A DNA stretch of 64,000 bases, taken from positions 6,472,367-6,536,366 of the forward strand of contig CM119267.1 of the NCBI GenBank assembly GCA_051294375.1. The letters are read 5' to 3'. Both the position numbers and the translations under genes were made by a program. How positions within the stretch are numbered: the first letter of the stretch is position 1; the number at the start of each line of letters is the position of its first letter. Below, one piece after another: positions 22,677 to 36,000 of the stretch. Under the pieces are notes generated by a model that was not told the origin of the DNA, did not search any database, and saw only the letters and a program-made list of their open reading frames with translations. This DNA comes from Paraspadella gotoi (taxonomy: Eukaryota > Animalia > Chaetognatha).

Positions 22677-24155
22677 AAAATTTGCACTTGATTTTTGTTG
22701 GACAAAATATATGGTAATTATCATTAATAAAAAATTGAATATATAATTCCATTATCAACAGCCCAGGCTTACCGCTTTGGTTAAGGCAAACGTTACTTAA
22801 TACTTATATATTAAATACTAAATACTTATATATTCAAGCTGTTAAATACTTTTCGTAGTATTGACTGTCATTTTGTTTTTTTCTTTTGGCTCTAGAAACA
22901 TGCAAGGTTACCTACTGGGAAAGCAAATTCAAATATAAAACAAATGATCTTTATACTTACTACTTAAGGAATTTTTAATTTCGTTAACTTTCGAAAGAAT
23001 TTGTGAGTTTCAGTATCATATCAGAAATATAGTTGTGGAATAATTAAATTTAAAAAAATAATATATTAGTTTACATACGTGTGCGCCTATAGCGATAATT
23101 ACGAAATCCCAAATAAAACACTTTTTGATTTTCTGTATCAAAGAAAGTAACTCTCGCAGCCTCACCTCGATTAGATTCAGGTTGATCCCAGACGCTCAAC
23201 CAGAACCAATTTCGTATTCAAACGGATCTTTGGCAGGATTCAAGAAAAAGCTTCGAATAAGAATAGAACACTAATAAAAATGTTTGAAAGGCCAGAAAGA
23301 AGATCAAATTCAAATGTCTAAATATAAACGAAAAAAAAACATCAGTTTAAAAACAAAAGATTGAAATCGATTCTTCAAAAAATGAACTTTGCAAAGTTCG
23401 ACTTTCTTTTTTTTTTGTTTTCGGTTAAATTTGATTGCGTTTATTTGTTCCTCTCTCATTTTCTTTCCCTCATTCTCGCGTTCTAAGTCTAACTATTAAA
23501 AGTCTGCACGGCGGGGGCCTCTTTTCGCCCGTTTCTCGCTCTTCGCATTGCTATTTTTCGCTCAGAGTGGCACGGCGGGTANNNNNNNNNNNNNNNNNNN
23601 NNNNNNNNNNNNNNNNNNNNNNNNNNNNNNNNNNNNNNNNNNNNNNNNNNNNNNNNNNNNNNNNNNNNNNNNNNNNNNNNNNNNNNNNNNNNNNNNNNNN
23701 NNNNNNNNNNNNNNNNNNNNNNNNNNNNNNNNNNNNNNNNNNNNNNNNNNNNNNNNNNNNNNNNNNNNNNNNNNNNNNNNNNNNNNNNNNNNNNNNNNNN
23801 NNNNNNNNNNNNNNNNNNNNNNNNNNNNNNNNNNNNNNNNNNNNNNNNNNNNNNNNNNNNNNNNNNNNNNNNNNNNNNNNNNNNNNNNNNNNNNNNNNNN
23901 NNNNNNNNNNNNNNTTTTATCTTCTTTTACTGATTGGAACATACTTGGAGAAAACGGCCAATTTTTGATGGCATCAAATTTCGGTGGAAAGTCCAATGAT
24001 TGAACAAGAAAAAAAAGGATCGTTTAATCTCTTACTAAAACAAATACCTCTGATTTTGGGGCGAAAAAATTATTTATCGGTTCTATTATTTTTTTCTGTT
24101 GAATTTTAAGTGTTTGTAAATCTTTTTCGTTTTCCAGATTTTTTTTTCGCCGAAT

Positions 24156-27100
24156 ATGAACTTTCTACGAAAAGCTTTTCACTCCAACCAAGATGGTAAA
24201 CAAACACTAGTTATGGATTTTTAGTTTCCCTTTTATTTCTAAGCCTTTTTTGAAAAGTGAATTTAAAAGGGGGAATGAGGCATATTTGGGTAAAATTACT
24301 TAATCTTAGGAAAATTATGTCAAAATTGCAAAATTATGAATAAATATATACATTTGAATATTAAGAGAAAGACTTGGTTAAAACGCTGACATTGTTCATG
24401 TTCAGAAGGGTTTTTAATTTTTAAATCCGTTTCTAAATATTTCAGAAATGTGTTTTAGACACGACACAAAATAAAAGTCACCAATTTAAAAGTGTTCAAA
24501 CAGTTATTTATCGTTTTCTGGTCTTACAAAACATTTTGCGACCATTTTATTAAGGAACGTCCGCCTATTAACTGATTTATACCATTTACGTTTTCAACCA
24601 ATTTCGTGTTTTTATATTTATTTTATTATATTTACAGGCCCGTCGCATGATTCCTCCAGTGGAGCTCGAAGCGCTGTCATGACGAAAGAGGAACTGCGTC
24701 AGGTAATTGTTATTTGGGTAAATAATTAAATCTAATCCTTTTAAAATAGTCCTAAATTGAACAAATTTAATTATTTATTGATTAGTAAATGTAATTCAAC
24801 AAATTTGTTGATCAATTTTCAACTTTCTTTACTTGAAATTCTTCTTTCCAGTTACGCGTAATTTTCAAACTAAACCGTAAATAATTTTCGTCGTAAATTA
24901 TTTGACTGGTGAGACTCACGATCCAATATTTTTACTCCCACTTTCGATCTTCCTCTCTCGTAGTCCAACATCCGTATGAGCGGAGAAGTGGCCCACCTTC
25001 AACCGAAGATCGACATTATGACCCAACTCCTAGTCAAACTTCAGAGGGATTACAATCTGTCAAAATCGCACGACCCACTATCGCGATATAACGTTCTCAA
25101 GGTGTTTTGTTAAGATTTAAATTCTAATGTCGTAAACATGGAAGGTAAAACGAGGGAGAAAGAAAAATTGGTATTTATCTGACAAATCACAAAGCTAATT
25201 AACGATTAGGAACCTAATCAGTAATCAGGTTATTTTTTATTGCTTATTATATGAATTTTTTTAAGGACATGATAAAGACTTTCCTCGATGATTGGGAAAG
25301 AAACTCGTTAATTGGGAGTAAGGATAACCGTGGAGCCGTAGGGCTTGTTCAACGTGCCAAGCTGATGGCCAAAACGCAGGAGAAAGTTGCTGACCACAAA
25401 GAAAAATACAGGAGTATGACTTGAATTAATACTTGCTCTTCTGTTCATATCCATATCATTATAGATTTTCAAAAACTAGAAGTTCTCTCAAATAAATAAT
25501 GGTTAAGTGACTGTTAGAGAATATAAAAATGAAAATAAGTTTTAAAATTTAAAGATTATTTTATTACCATAAAAAGTTTGAATTTTTTTTCAATTTTTCA
25601 ATTTTTTTTAATAGATTCCGGGATTTTTTTTTGCTTCTTATGAGCGACGTATATATAGAAATCTCGCTACGCAAAAAATAAATAAAATAAGATACTGTAG
25701 AAAGAATGAGTAGAATAAACGTTATTATATATAATATACATCCTACCACCCCTTAGATCGCCAATCCTCGACCACCCCTAACAACCTTAACCCAATCGCT
25801 AACCGTTTAAAAAAAATATAACCAAAATATTGTTTCCTTTCCTTGTTGTTTACATACGAGTATTATTAAGAAAACAAATTTCGGATATGTTCGGCTTCAA
25901 TGTAAACCTCCCTCAGCGCAAAAAAATTTGTTTTTCTTTATAAACTCGTATGTAAACAAACAATTTATTTTCTACCTCAACATAAAAATAGTAATTAAAA
26001 TAAATTTAAAACAATNNNNNNNNNNNNNNNNNNNNNNNNNTATTCTGATAGAGATTTTAAAAAGTTAGAATAAGGTTATAATACAACTTTTTTTAAATGT
26101 AATAATTATTAAGTAAAAATTTAACAAAACTATAAAATTCAGCCAATGATAAAGATTGATGATTTTTTACAGGTTTTTTCTATTTTTAAACTGCAATTTT
26201 GTCACAAATATTAATAAAAATGTCTTAGTACTAATCTTTCATTTAACTTTTTAAGCTTCTTAAAAATTAATTTTTAAAAAAAAATTTGTATAACTGGTAT
26301 ATATACTAATAAATATTTAAAAGCTTTCAGATGCAGACAATCCCAAGTGAACTAATTCTAGAGAAGTGAGCTATTATAAGATAGAAATCGATGGGATTTA
26401 GTACGGATAATATAAGGACAAAATAACTTTTTATTGATCGAGATATCTAGGAAGTTGTATTAAATAAAGGTGATTCAATTTTTGGCCCGCCTTAGATATA
26501 AGTGTGTACCCAATGTATTAAGAGTTACTGGGTCGAGTTAACTAATCAGGTGAGGATTCTCTAGACTTCGCACGAAACACATGGGTGATTATTAATACTT
26601 ATTTCTGGAAAAATGGGAAACACACAATGTCAAAAAGATATGTGTGATATATGCCAAAAGAAATTAACGAGATAAACAAAGAAAGATATATATTCGAAAT
26701 ATCAAGAAGAAGATTAAGAATTAGAATACAAATTTTTGGACTAAGAAAGTATTGTTAAGATAACGATTAAGCGCACAGACCGAGAGTTTATAAGATTTAT
26801 GAATTCTTATGAGCGACGTTATATATAGAAATCTCGACATACAGCAAGAAAATAAATAAAATGATTACTGGTAAAGGAGAAGAAATGAAAAGAAGAACAT
26901 AAACGTCTAATCTATAATATAATATACATCATACCACCTAACCTTAGATCCTGCCAAATCACTCGGACCTGTAACCCAAAACCTCATAAATACCCCAGAA
27001 CTCACGAGGACTAGAAGGCGACAGATTTAGAAAGAAATATAACCCAAAATATTGTTTTTCCTTTCCTTGTGTTTACGAATGACGGAGATATTATTAAGAA

Positions 27101-28790
27101 GAACAAATTTCGGAGATTTGTCGAGACGATTCAAAATGTAAACGCTCCACGAATCAAGCGCAAAAAAATTTGTTTTCTCTTATAAACTCGTGATGTAAAC
27201 AAACAATTATTTTCTAGCATCAGAAACAGTGAAGAATAGGAATTAAGAGAAGATAAAATATCGTAACAATACTCTCAATTAATGAGACATATACTCTGAT
27301 AACAATGCTTATCTCCTTATTATTTATTATAAAATTTGTATTACTGAACAAAAAAATTTGTATTATTGCGCAAAGTGAGAATCGACGCTAGAGGGAAAAC
27401 AAAATTAAATGGAATAGTAAAGTTACCCAATTTTTCTTTGCAGAACATTCATTTTAAATAAGTCCTCATTTTTAACTTTTTTAATTTTTAAATATTTTTT
27501 TATTTTAAAATATTGTTTTGGTTCTTTCTTTTCGTTGCGTTGGTAGCATTAAAGGAGAAAATATATATATAATCAATATTATAAAAAATATTTGATAAAT
27601 ATTAAAAAATATCTAATTTATAATTTTTTTTAAAAAATCACTTAAAAAAAAAATTATCAATTGCTTTTACAGGAGTTTGCTTTGTTATTTTTTTAAAATC
27701 TAGGTATCCTATAAAATGGTCCATACTTGTACGCATATTCATTATAATAAATTAAAATTTTTCTATCTGGTATAGCCTAGGGGGAAACTAACTCTGTAAG
27801 GTGGTTAAGAAATTTGAATTAAGGCACCTGCTCCAAACGAAAATTTTAAAACATTTTTTTAAAAAATTGAGATAGATAAAATTTTTTATATATATTCCAA
27901 TATATTAATTTTTTAATATTTATTTATAACACTACCGAGAAGCGCTAAAAAATTATATTCTAGGGGATTTTTTATTTTTAAAGATCAGATTCAGGGAGCT
28001 ATGCAAAAAGTTGTTCTAACCAAAGTATAATCCTTTTTTCAATTATTTTGATCATAAGTGTGTTGAAAAATATGAAAAACTATTTATAATCATCATCATT
28101 TTTCGATTATTTTATTACTTTTTCTTAATTTTGACCAAGAAACCAAAAAATTTTTGAAAGTTGTAGTTAAATTTTTTATTAACTTTTATTTGCTCTATCA
28201 GATCATCAAAAAAAGTTAAGATTAAGTTTGATAAAAAATGTTTTATCATTTATATAGTAATATTGTAATTTTAATAGCAACAATAAAAGCATTAAAAATC
28301 GAAACTTTTTTTTAAAATTCTTTTTTTACCTAAAAATAGACTCAAGACTTAAGTTTTGAACCCCCGCCCCTATTTAATTTAATTTCATATGTAGATTTCT
28401 ATAGGAGCAGTAAGCTTTTTTAACAGACAGTACCATTGGGACACACTATTATAAACTGACCTGTATTTAACTTTTCCTTTCTTGTTTCTAGGTTATTCGC
28501 ATGCGGAATTGATAGATGAATACGATTCCTCAAAAAAGAAATTAACCGTCTTAAGACCTTTGAGGAAAAAGCGCCTTCTATAGTGGCGCATCTTGACGAA
28601 GAATATGAAACCTCGAAGCAATTTGACGCCATGAGAGAAGGTTCTTTGATTTATAAAAAAACTTTTATTATAATTAATTTTACTGATAGTTGGACGAATT
28701 GTTAAAATAATAATAATAAATTTTTTTTCGCAGGTACAAAATCTCAAGGACCTAATAAAAAGAGTTATTGCGTTAGTGGATTCTTCGTGA
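24156..28790 (+). CDS. Putative small spliced gene of unknown function (helical/coiled-coil)
   Basis: GT-AG exons 24156-24195, 24638-24702 and 25266-25413 join in phase (MNFLRKAFHSNQDGPSHD..KEELRQDMIKTFLDDWERN..). Exons 28492-28640 and 28734-28790 need indel correction to join. Confidence 0.45.
25612..26014. mobile_element. Partial copy of an arm of the 50776-51668 foldback family, with degraded hammerhead motif
   Basis: Shares GCTTCTTATGAGC..ACGCAAAAA, the CCCTAAC/CCTTAACCC units and TTCGGCTTCAATGTAAACC..TCAGCGCAAAAA with the foldback element. Confidence 0.7.
26041..26330. repeat. Dispersed AT-rich repeat family (other copies ~27950-28210 inverted and ~62600-62860)
   Basis: Shared TCTGATAGAG..AAAAAGTTA..TACAACTTT and downstream blocks in three places. 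Confidence 0.6.
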
Positions 28791-29927
28791 AATTTTCTTC
28801 TCCACAAATATAACTTTTCTACACTTGAATAAAAAAGTGCCATTTACTTTTAATTTTGTTTTAAGTTGTATTTCATTCTGAAATATGTTTCTATTTTGCT
28901 GTTGCTTTTTACAAAATTTTGATTAAACTAAAGAAATTACTGTAAACTTTATATTAGATAGTCAAATCCAGCTAGTTTTTATTTTACATGTCGCTATTAA
29001 ATTCGAAAATTTTCTCTGGATCTAAAAATCACGCTTTTTAATCATAAAAGATTTAAAGGAAATATAAGTTTGCTAATAATGGAGCAGGAAAAAAATATAA
29101 CAGAAAAAGAGCAATGGAATTTTTTTTGTATAGCATTGTTGCCTTCAAAAGAAGGCATACTCGCATACTCGGTTATTTTTAGGCAAATAATTGTAAGATG
29201 CAAAAACTAACTAAAATGAAAAGCTCCAAGTTATAGCTGAATGAAGACTTTCCTCATCATCGTTCGCACCGACGAGAAATTGGACGAAGGCAATCTCTAG
29301 GAGGCCCCGATGAGAAGGGGGCCTGTCTTATGCTGGTTCGGGGCCGCACAGACTCGACTCGGCTCGATTCAGCAGCCAGACTGTGAATCATGGTCGCGCC
29401 CTGCCTTTCATAACCATTCCTACGAACAATCCTTCCAAGCAGTCGCAAGCTGTCCAAGGTTCCCACGCCCGACCGTCGTCGGAAGAGAAAAATTGATCTC
29501 TGCTTGGTTTCCTTCTTGGTCTTTAAGAACCAGAGGGTTTTAAACTGATTGCTGTTGCGACAAATGTTTATTCATCTTGCATGCAACGTCGCCAATTCGT
29601 CGTTTTTAATTTTAAATACCCTTTCTCTACTTCATTGAAACATGGTTATTTAGTAGAAAAAGCGATTCACCTTTAAGATAATGACAGTGATGTACCTGTT
29701 CGAAGATATTCCAAATTCTTAAAACCTTGTGTGTTCCTCTTGCGCATCTCTTCTCCATTCGCATTCTACTATGTTAGCAAAATAAAGATTTTGCCCTCTA
29801 TTTGGGTTCTATCCTGGCTTCCCTAATTTTCTTTTAGTTTTACGTTCGAAACAATTTGCTATGTATTATTATATTTTGTAGGAACCAAATTATTTTAAAA
29901 ATAGCAATTATGTCCTTACAGGTTAAA

Positions 29928-32573
29928 ATGTCCGAAGAAACAGAAGAAGCTAACGACGTGAATAATGATATAAACAAGTCGGATAACGATGGGAAGGAAG
30001 ATCTGTCCCTCGTCATGACCGAAGAACAAATCAATAATGAAGAAACCGAGGCTATTGTCGTTGATCAGAGCAGTTCCTTAGAGGGGGAAAAGCACAATGA
30101 CGAGCACTATGGAGAGAACATTAGCAAGTGTGAAGAGGGTGAAGTAATTGACTTAGAGGGGGAAAAGCACAATGACGAGCACTATGGAGAGAAAATTAGC
30201 AAGTCTGAAGAGGGTGAAGTAATTGAGCTCCGTGCCTCGGCTAACCATGCTTCACCTGCGACCCTATATGCGATTCCTGAAGATATGATGGCTTCTATGT
30301 GCGAGGCTTGGGATCGCAACCCAAATTATTACTGCACGATATGTGAGATTGAATGCGCCACTCACGCCGCTTACAAAAAGCATATCATTGGCGCAAAACA
30401 TAAGAAAAAGGAGGAGAATCCAGCTGCGCAGTTTCTTAAAGGCGGCGAAGATCAAACCACCGCAGTTGAAGTGAACTTAAAGTTGTTGGCCAAACCTGTC
30501 GTCGGGTTAGAATTCATTAAAGAATTTTATCTCGAAGAAGAATTAGTCTACAAATGTTATTTGTGTGAATTGACAACTTTGAACACTTACAATATTGGCG
30601 CTCATTTAATCTCTAACAAACATCGCCGAAAGTTTTTTCAAACGAAACACCGGGATATATGGTCTAAAATAACTGCCGGAGGAAAAAGGAAAGCATCTGT
30701 CAATTGTGAATATTATGCAAGATTTATTGAAGAGACGGAAGGAAGGAAACGCATTGTTCGTTATGATGAAGAAATGACTGAGAACATCGTTTCATTAGAT
30801 GATACGGATTCATTTTTTGATGATGGGCCTCCGCCGAGAATCGACGATGACGGCGTGCGACATTGCAACATTTGCGATATTGACTGCAACTCGGAAAGCA
30901 GTTGGAGATATCACGTTAATGGAGCCAAGCATAAAAAGAAGACAGCAGAGTTTGTGCCAGCAATTCGAAATTTCGATTTCTTGACTGATTCACTGGAGGA
31001 GAGGTTTAAATCTAGTAAAGAGTCTTTAATCGGACTGGAATACGTTGAAGAGTTTCACTTCACCGATCCGACTCACAATGAAGTTCGATACAAATGCCAC
31101 CTTTGCAACATTAGTACCTTAACTTGCGACTCTATCGAAAACCACATAATTAGCAACAGGCATCGACGCCGATACGTGAAGTTGCTTCATTCGGATTTAC
31201 ATAACCAAATTTTGCAAGCGGGTCGCAAAAATTATCAGCAAAAGGTCGTGACGAAAGGGATAGCTGACTTAATCGAGGAACGTTTCGGTCGAAAACGAAT
31301 CGTTAGAATGACGGAGCGTTTGCCTCCGCATATCGTCGAAGCACAAATGATCATAAGGAATTGGAATGATGATTTCATCTCTGGTGTCAGTGACTCTACT
31401 TCAATGCCGCATAATTTAAGCTTTATGGAAGGCTACAACTCCTGCAGCCGTTCTTTGGATACAACGCAATTGAGCGAATCCGAGCTATCGATGAGATCCA
31501 ATGGCAATTTTGATCCACTGAGACGAAGTCCAGATCATCGACGACGCAGTCCAGCTGATCATCGCTCTTGGCGGGATCGTAGCCCTGATTACAACCGACG
31601 CAGCCCCGACGGTCGACGCCGTCGAACCTCAGGCGATCGAAATCGTCGCCACGGAGACGAGAGGCGAAGACGGAGCCCTATACTCAGCCGAGAAGAACTT
31701 CGTCGAATGAGAGACGACAGAGATCGTCTTCGAGTGGAATTAGCGATGTTGAAAGAAGCAAGGCGCGAAGAAGATCGTATCGCCTCTGTCGCCGAAAGAA
31801 CGATTATGACACCAATGGGGGAAATGTTCGAACGTCACGTTTTAAAACATTCCGATCCTTTGCTCCAAAACTCACCACCGTCGTTGCGCTCTATGGCTTA
31901 CGCTCCGTTTGCTCCTCCGTCAACGTCTTCCTCCGCCGCGACTGCCAATTCTTCGAGAGTAGAGAACTTCTCGCCTCCGCAACCGCATGAGCAAGAGCGA
32001 TTCGGGTCTCAAACGTACGAAGAAGGAACGGAGACGCTTGTACCGCCTTTGCAATCTATCGAAGCATTTTGTGATCCAGCCATCAAGGACAGAGATCCCT
32101 GGACCGAAGCGTCTTCTTTACTCAAACGATTCGCCGAGGTTATGTTTTCTATAAAAATATCTCCGTGGCCGCCGAACAGCTTCAGCGACATCGCCAAAGA
32201 CTCTCTTCGTCAAGCTGAATTCGGATGGACTTTCGAGATGGACTCTGACAACACGCAGGTTTATTTGATGGCCGAAGGCGTTCGGTTGTCCTGTGGCATG
32301 GCCTCAATCAGTGAAGTCGCAAAAAACCAAGCCTTTCAAATCTTTGTAGAAAAGTCCCGAGTTTCTGATTATCTCATTTTGGAAGAAATTGGGATGAGCA
32401 GACATTTGCGCATGTTTAGGTCAACTGTGACTGCGCCGCCTGGAGCATTTCGTTACGATCTTCAATGCAAAACTAGGACAGTTGTTTGTTCTCGCATCCC
32501 TCGGTGTCAGTTTTGCAGAGAATCTGGACACATCGAACAATTTTGTTCCGCGAAAACACTCAGCTTTCGATGA
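29928..32573 (+). CDS. Intronless multi-zinc-finger protein (four U1/matrin-type C2H2 fingers, RS/RD-rich region, C-terminal CCHC knuckle)
   Basis: 905-codon ORF; likely ATG at 29928 after an acceptor TTACAG. Motifs YCTICEIEC..HIIGAKHKKK, YKCYLCE..HLISNKHRRK, HCNICDIDC..HVNGAKHKKK, YKCHLCN..HIISNRHRRR, RRRSP repeats and CQFCRESGHIEQFC. Confidence 0.88.
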   Translation: MSEETEEANDVNNDINKSDNDGKEDLSLVMTEEQINNEETEAIVVDQSSSLEGEKHNDEHYGENISKCEEGEVIDLEGEKHNDEHYGEKISKSEEGEVIELRASANHASPATLYAIPEDMMASMCEAWDRNPNYYCTICEIECATHAAYKKHIIGAKHKKKEENPAAQFLKGGEDQTTAVEVNLKLLAKPVVGLEFIKEFYLEEELVYKCYLCELTTLNTYNIGAHLISNKHRRKFFQTKHRDIWSKITAGGKRKASVNCEYYARFIEETEGRKRIVRYDEEMTENIVSLDDTDSFFDDGPPPRIDDDGVRHCNICDIDCNSESSWRYHVNGAKHKKKTAEFVPAIRNFDFLTDSLEERFKSSKESLIGLEYVEEFHFTDPTHNEVRYKCHLCNISTLTCDSIENHIISNRHRRRYVKLLHSDLHNQILQAGRKNYQQKVVTKGIADLIEERFGRKRIVRMTERLPPHIVEAQMIIRNWNDDFISGVSDSTSMPHNLSFMEGYNSCSRSLDTTQLSESELSMRSNGNFDPLRRSPDHRRRSPADHRSWRDRSPDYNRRSPDGRRRRTSGDRNRRHGDERRRRSPILSREELRRMRDDRDRLRVELAMLKEARREEDRIASVAERTIMTPMGEMFERHVLKHSDPLLQNSPPSLRSMAYAPFAPPSTSSSAATANSSRVENFSPPQPHEQERFGSQTYEEGTETLVPPLQSIEAFCDPAIKDRDPWTEASSLLKRFAEVMFSIKISPWPPNSFSDIAKDSLRQAEFGWTFEMDSDNTQVYLMAEGVRLSCGMASISEVAKNQAFQIFVEKSRVSDYLILEEIGMSRHLRMFRSTVTAPPGAFRYDLQCKTRTVVCSRIPRCQFCRESGHIEQFCSAKTLSFR
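30077..30226 (+). repeat. In-frame 75-bp tandem duplication in the zinc-finger gene
   Basis: LEGEKHNDEHYGE(N/K)ISK(C/S)EEGEVI occurs twice; units start at 30077 and 30152. Confidence 0.95.
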
Positions 32574-33000
32574 AAAATCATTGGGTCACTGTTTATTTTA
32601 CTTTAACCGTTAATTTAAATTTCTATATCCACGCTCCTGATACATACATACATACATACTCACATACATACATACATACATCAATTTCATAAGTTTGATT
32701 CTAATTCGCGTTTATTTTTAATTTGTTATAACTTGTGACCAAAAAATAGTTCTTGTTGATAATATTTTTAATAGTGAATTAGCTTTTATATTTAATCGTC
32801 GAAGGGTTTACCTTTTTTCAGTTTTGTCTAGTCTATTTTAGAGACCTATTTATCACTGAAAACTGTTAAGTATATTATATTCAAACGTTTGACAAACAAT
32901 TATTAAGAGTTTCGATGATAAACAAAATTATTTTTGTCTTTCAAATTTACTTAAGGTTTAGAAATTAAAATTATATTTCGTCCATATGCAGGATTAGAAA

Positions 33001-36000
33001 ATGGCTGCAGCCCACGATGTCAGCAGAACTTCTGCTATTCAAAGTACCCCAGTGGAACTTCTTCCGGGTTCCTCGTCTCGACCTTCCTCAATCGACGAAG
33101 ATGGGTCGCCTTCATCGTCGTCATCGTCGTCACCGTCGTCGCTCTCGAGCGCCAACGCTGCGGCGATCGACCCTTTGCCGTCGGCAGAGGCGCCGCGTGA
33201 TCCCGGTGCGAACCGTCTAGCCGAGGAGTCTAACGCTCATCTTGTGTCCGGCGATTCGCGGTTTCCGACCTCTAGCGGCTCTCGTGCCGAAGATGAAGAT
33301 TCTTCGAAAGCAAAGGAGAAAGGAGCTCCGGCTCTGGGTTCGCCCGTCGCTGTCTTTCGGTCGCCCTCTACGCTTCCCACATGCACCGTGAGTCTCAGCA
33401 TGGGGAGCCAGGGTGCGTCTGGCTGCGCCGCCACCTGCACCACGTCGACGGCGTCTGCCTTCGTCTCCGTTACGGGCGCCGAGGTACCAACGGGGCCGTT
33501 GAGTGCTCCGACTCTATCGTCGGTGATATCATCGCTGTCGACGACGACGATCACCAGCGCCTCGTTTACCACCAAGACGACGCCTTTCTCCTCCTTCGGC
33601 GCCGCCTCGATTTCGTCTTCTTCCGCCGGCTTCGGCGCCGCTACCGGTGGTTTGGGTGATCTCGGCGGGGCCTTAGGGCCGACAATGGCGCCAGGTTTAA
33701 TAACGCCACCGATGACGCCGGAGAAGAAAATAAATCACTCCTCGGGCTTCCAACCGACCGGCCTCTTCTCCAGCGTTTCGTCCGTGGTGCATCCTCTTTT
33801 TTCAACTTCACCAACGGCGCCGGCCTTCACTTCCTTCACTGCGTCACCCTCGAGCGCGCCGCTTTTGAAGCCTGTCAGTTGCAACGTTTTTTCGGTTGCC
33901 CAGTCGCCGACCAAGCGGAAAATTGCCGTTCCTGCTTCCAAGTTAGGCTCGGGAAGGAACAGCTTGGCGGGGTCCCCCGGGGGTCGCGCCGGATGTGTCG
34001 CTACAACCTGCTCCTCTTCTCCCGCGGGCTCCGGAGCTGGTGGCGGGTTTCTCTGGCCTGCGGGTGATCCTGCGGCGTCCGGAGCTTCCGCTCGCGGACG
34101 TGGGTGCGAGAAGAATCTTACGCGAGCCTTTGAAGAAGTGACGGAGGATCCGGCAAACGGCAGGCATCAAAATCTGTTTCTACAACTGTCGCAACAGAAC
34201 AATCAGTTGTTCCAAGTCGCCGCCGCCGCCGCTCAAGCCTCCGTCGTTGTTGACAAAGAGGTCCCCGCTACTTCGTCTTTCTTCCCTTCCTCATCTCCGC
34301 CCGCGGACGCGCGCTTCTCCTCCTCCGCGTTTCGGTCGGCCTTCGCTCCGAGCGCAAAGACGGCCGCGCTCAAAAATCTAACCTCGCAACCTTTGACTTA
34401 TTCTTCGGCGTCTCAGATTCGCGGTCCGCCGCCGCCGCCGCCGCCAGTCAGCCACCCACCGCCGCCGCCGGCGCAGAGCCTGGCCACGTTTCAACAGCAG
34501 GCGCAGGCGTTTCAGATGCAGCATCTAAAGAGTTTAGAGGCGCAAAAGATGCAGCAACTTCAACCGCCCGTCAGAGGCGCGCTCGGAATCCCGACCAGCG
34601 TCTCTTGCAACCTGGAGCATCTCAGCTTTCACCCGCCTCCGCCACCTTCAGCTTTCATGACCGTCGGCGGTTCTGCCCCCGCCGACGGCGCGCTGGCTCC
34701 TCCCCAGCTGGCCGCCCATTCTAGTCTCTCTTCGCCGCCAAGTTTTGTCACGAACGCGCGACCCGGGTCGCATCATCATCCCGCAAGTGGCCCCTCCGCT
34801 AGAGTCAACGCAGGAGGTCATCGCATCGCTGACAAGCGCCACCTCGCTTCCGATTCGACGACGGCACGCCATCAAGATGGTTTCCAGTTTCGCCCCCAAC
34901 CATCGACGCGGTCGTACGGTCACGACTCCGACGCCGACGCCAGCGCCTCGGAGGACGACGAGTCCGGCTCCGCCTCCGAATCGACCGTTTCCGGCAGCAA
35001 CACGGGTTCTTCGGCTTCCATGGGCAAAGAGGAAGCGTCTGGGGGCGCGCGCGAGTCGGGCGGCGCCAACGGAAAGTATTGCGATTGCTGTTACTGTGAG
35101 CTTTTCGGCCACAACAATCCGCAACAGGCGCCAACTTCGAAAAACTTCCATGAGATGAGGGACCGCTTGCGTCTTCGCCTCTCAGCCAAAAAGCGCAACT
35201 CCACTGGGATGGATCATCACGACGAGATTCATGCGCCCCCGCTACACGGGCACTCCGGTGACTTCTCCCTGCAAACATCCGGTTGCACTGATACCAAAGA
35301 CCACGTCCAGCACGTACCCGCCGGCCACCAACCGCAAGCGACGAATCAGCCGGCGCATCAACCGTCCGGAGACGCGGCGGCTTTTCATCCAACGCTGCAG
35401 GAGTGGCAAAACTTGAGAGGAAGCAATCACCCCTCGAACGCAGTTCAGCACATCCCGCACCAGCACAATCAAGCGCACGATCAGGGCGAGAATCGAGGAT
35501 TCGCCGACGTGGACCTCTTGGCAAGGGATTCCAACCAAGCTGAAAGGAGCAATCATGGCCAGGGCCTTTGTCAATCTTTTGCCGACTTGCAGGTCAAAGC
35601 CCCAGTCACGGAAGAGTCGACGCAGGTCCTCCCACAAATGGACGTCGATACGCTCGTCAAATTTATCAACGGGGATTTGGAAGAAGAGGCCAAGGCCAGT
35701 CGAAAGGCGGAGAAGAGGCAGAGGCAAAAGCAGAAGAAACAGGAGGAAGCACGGAGGAAGGAGGAGGAAGAGAGGAAACGCCTCGAGGAGGAGAGGCGAA
35801 AGAAGGAAGAAGAAGAGAGGAAAAAGAGAGAGGAAGAGGAGAGGAGAAAGCGAGAGGAAGAGATGGAGCGAAAGAGGGAAGAAGAAAGGAAACGAAAAGC
35901 GGAGGAACAAAGGCGAAAGGAGGAGGAAGAGCGACGAGGAAAGGGAGGAAAGAAAAAGAACAAGAATAAGGGCGCCAACAAAAAGGTCCACGACGAAGAC

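Noticed and set aside
26790-27310. Apparent diverged tandem duplicate of 25630-26014
   Set aside because: Differences are mostly scattered 1-2 nt insertions next to an N-gap, typical of unpolished long-read gap filling rather than real divergence.
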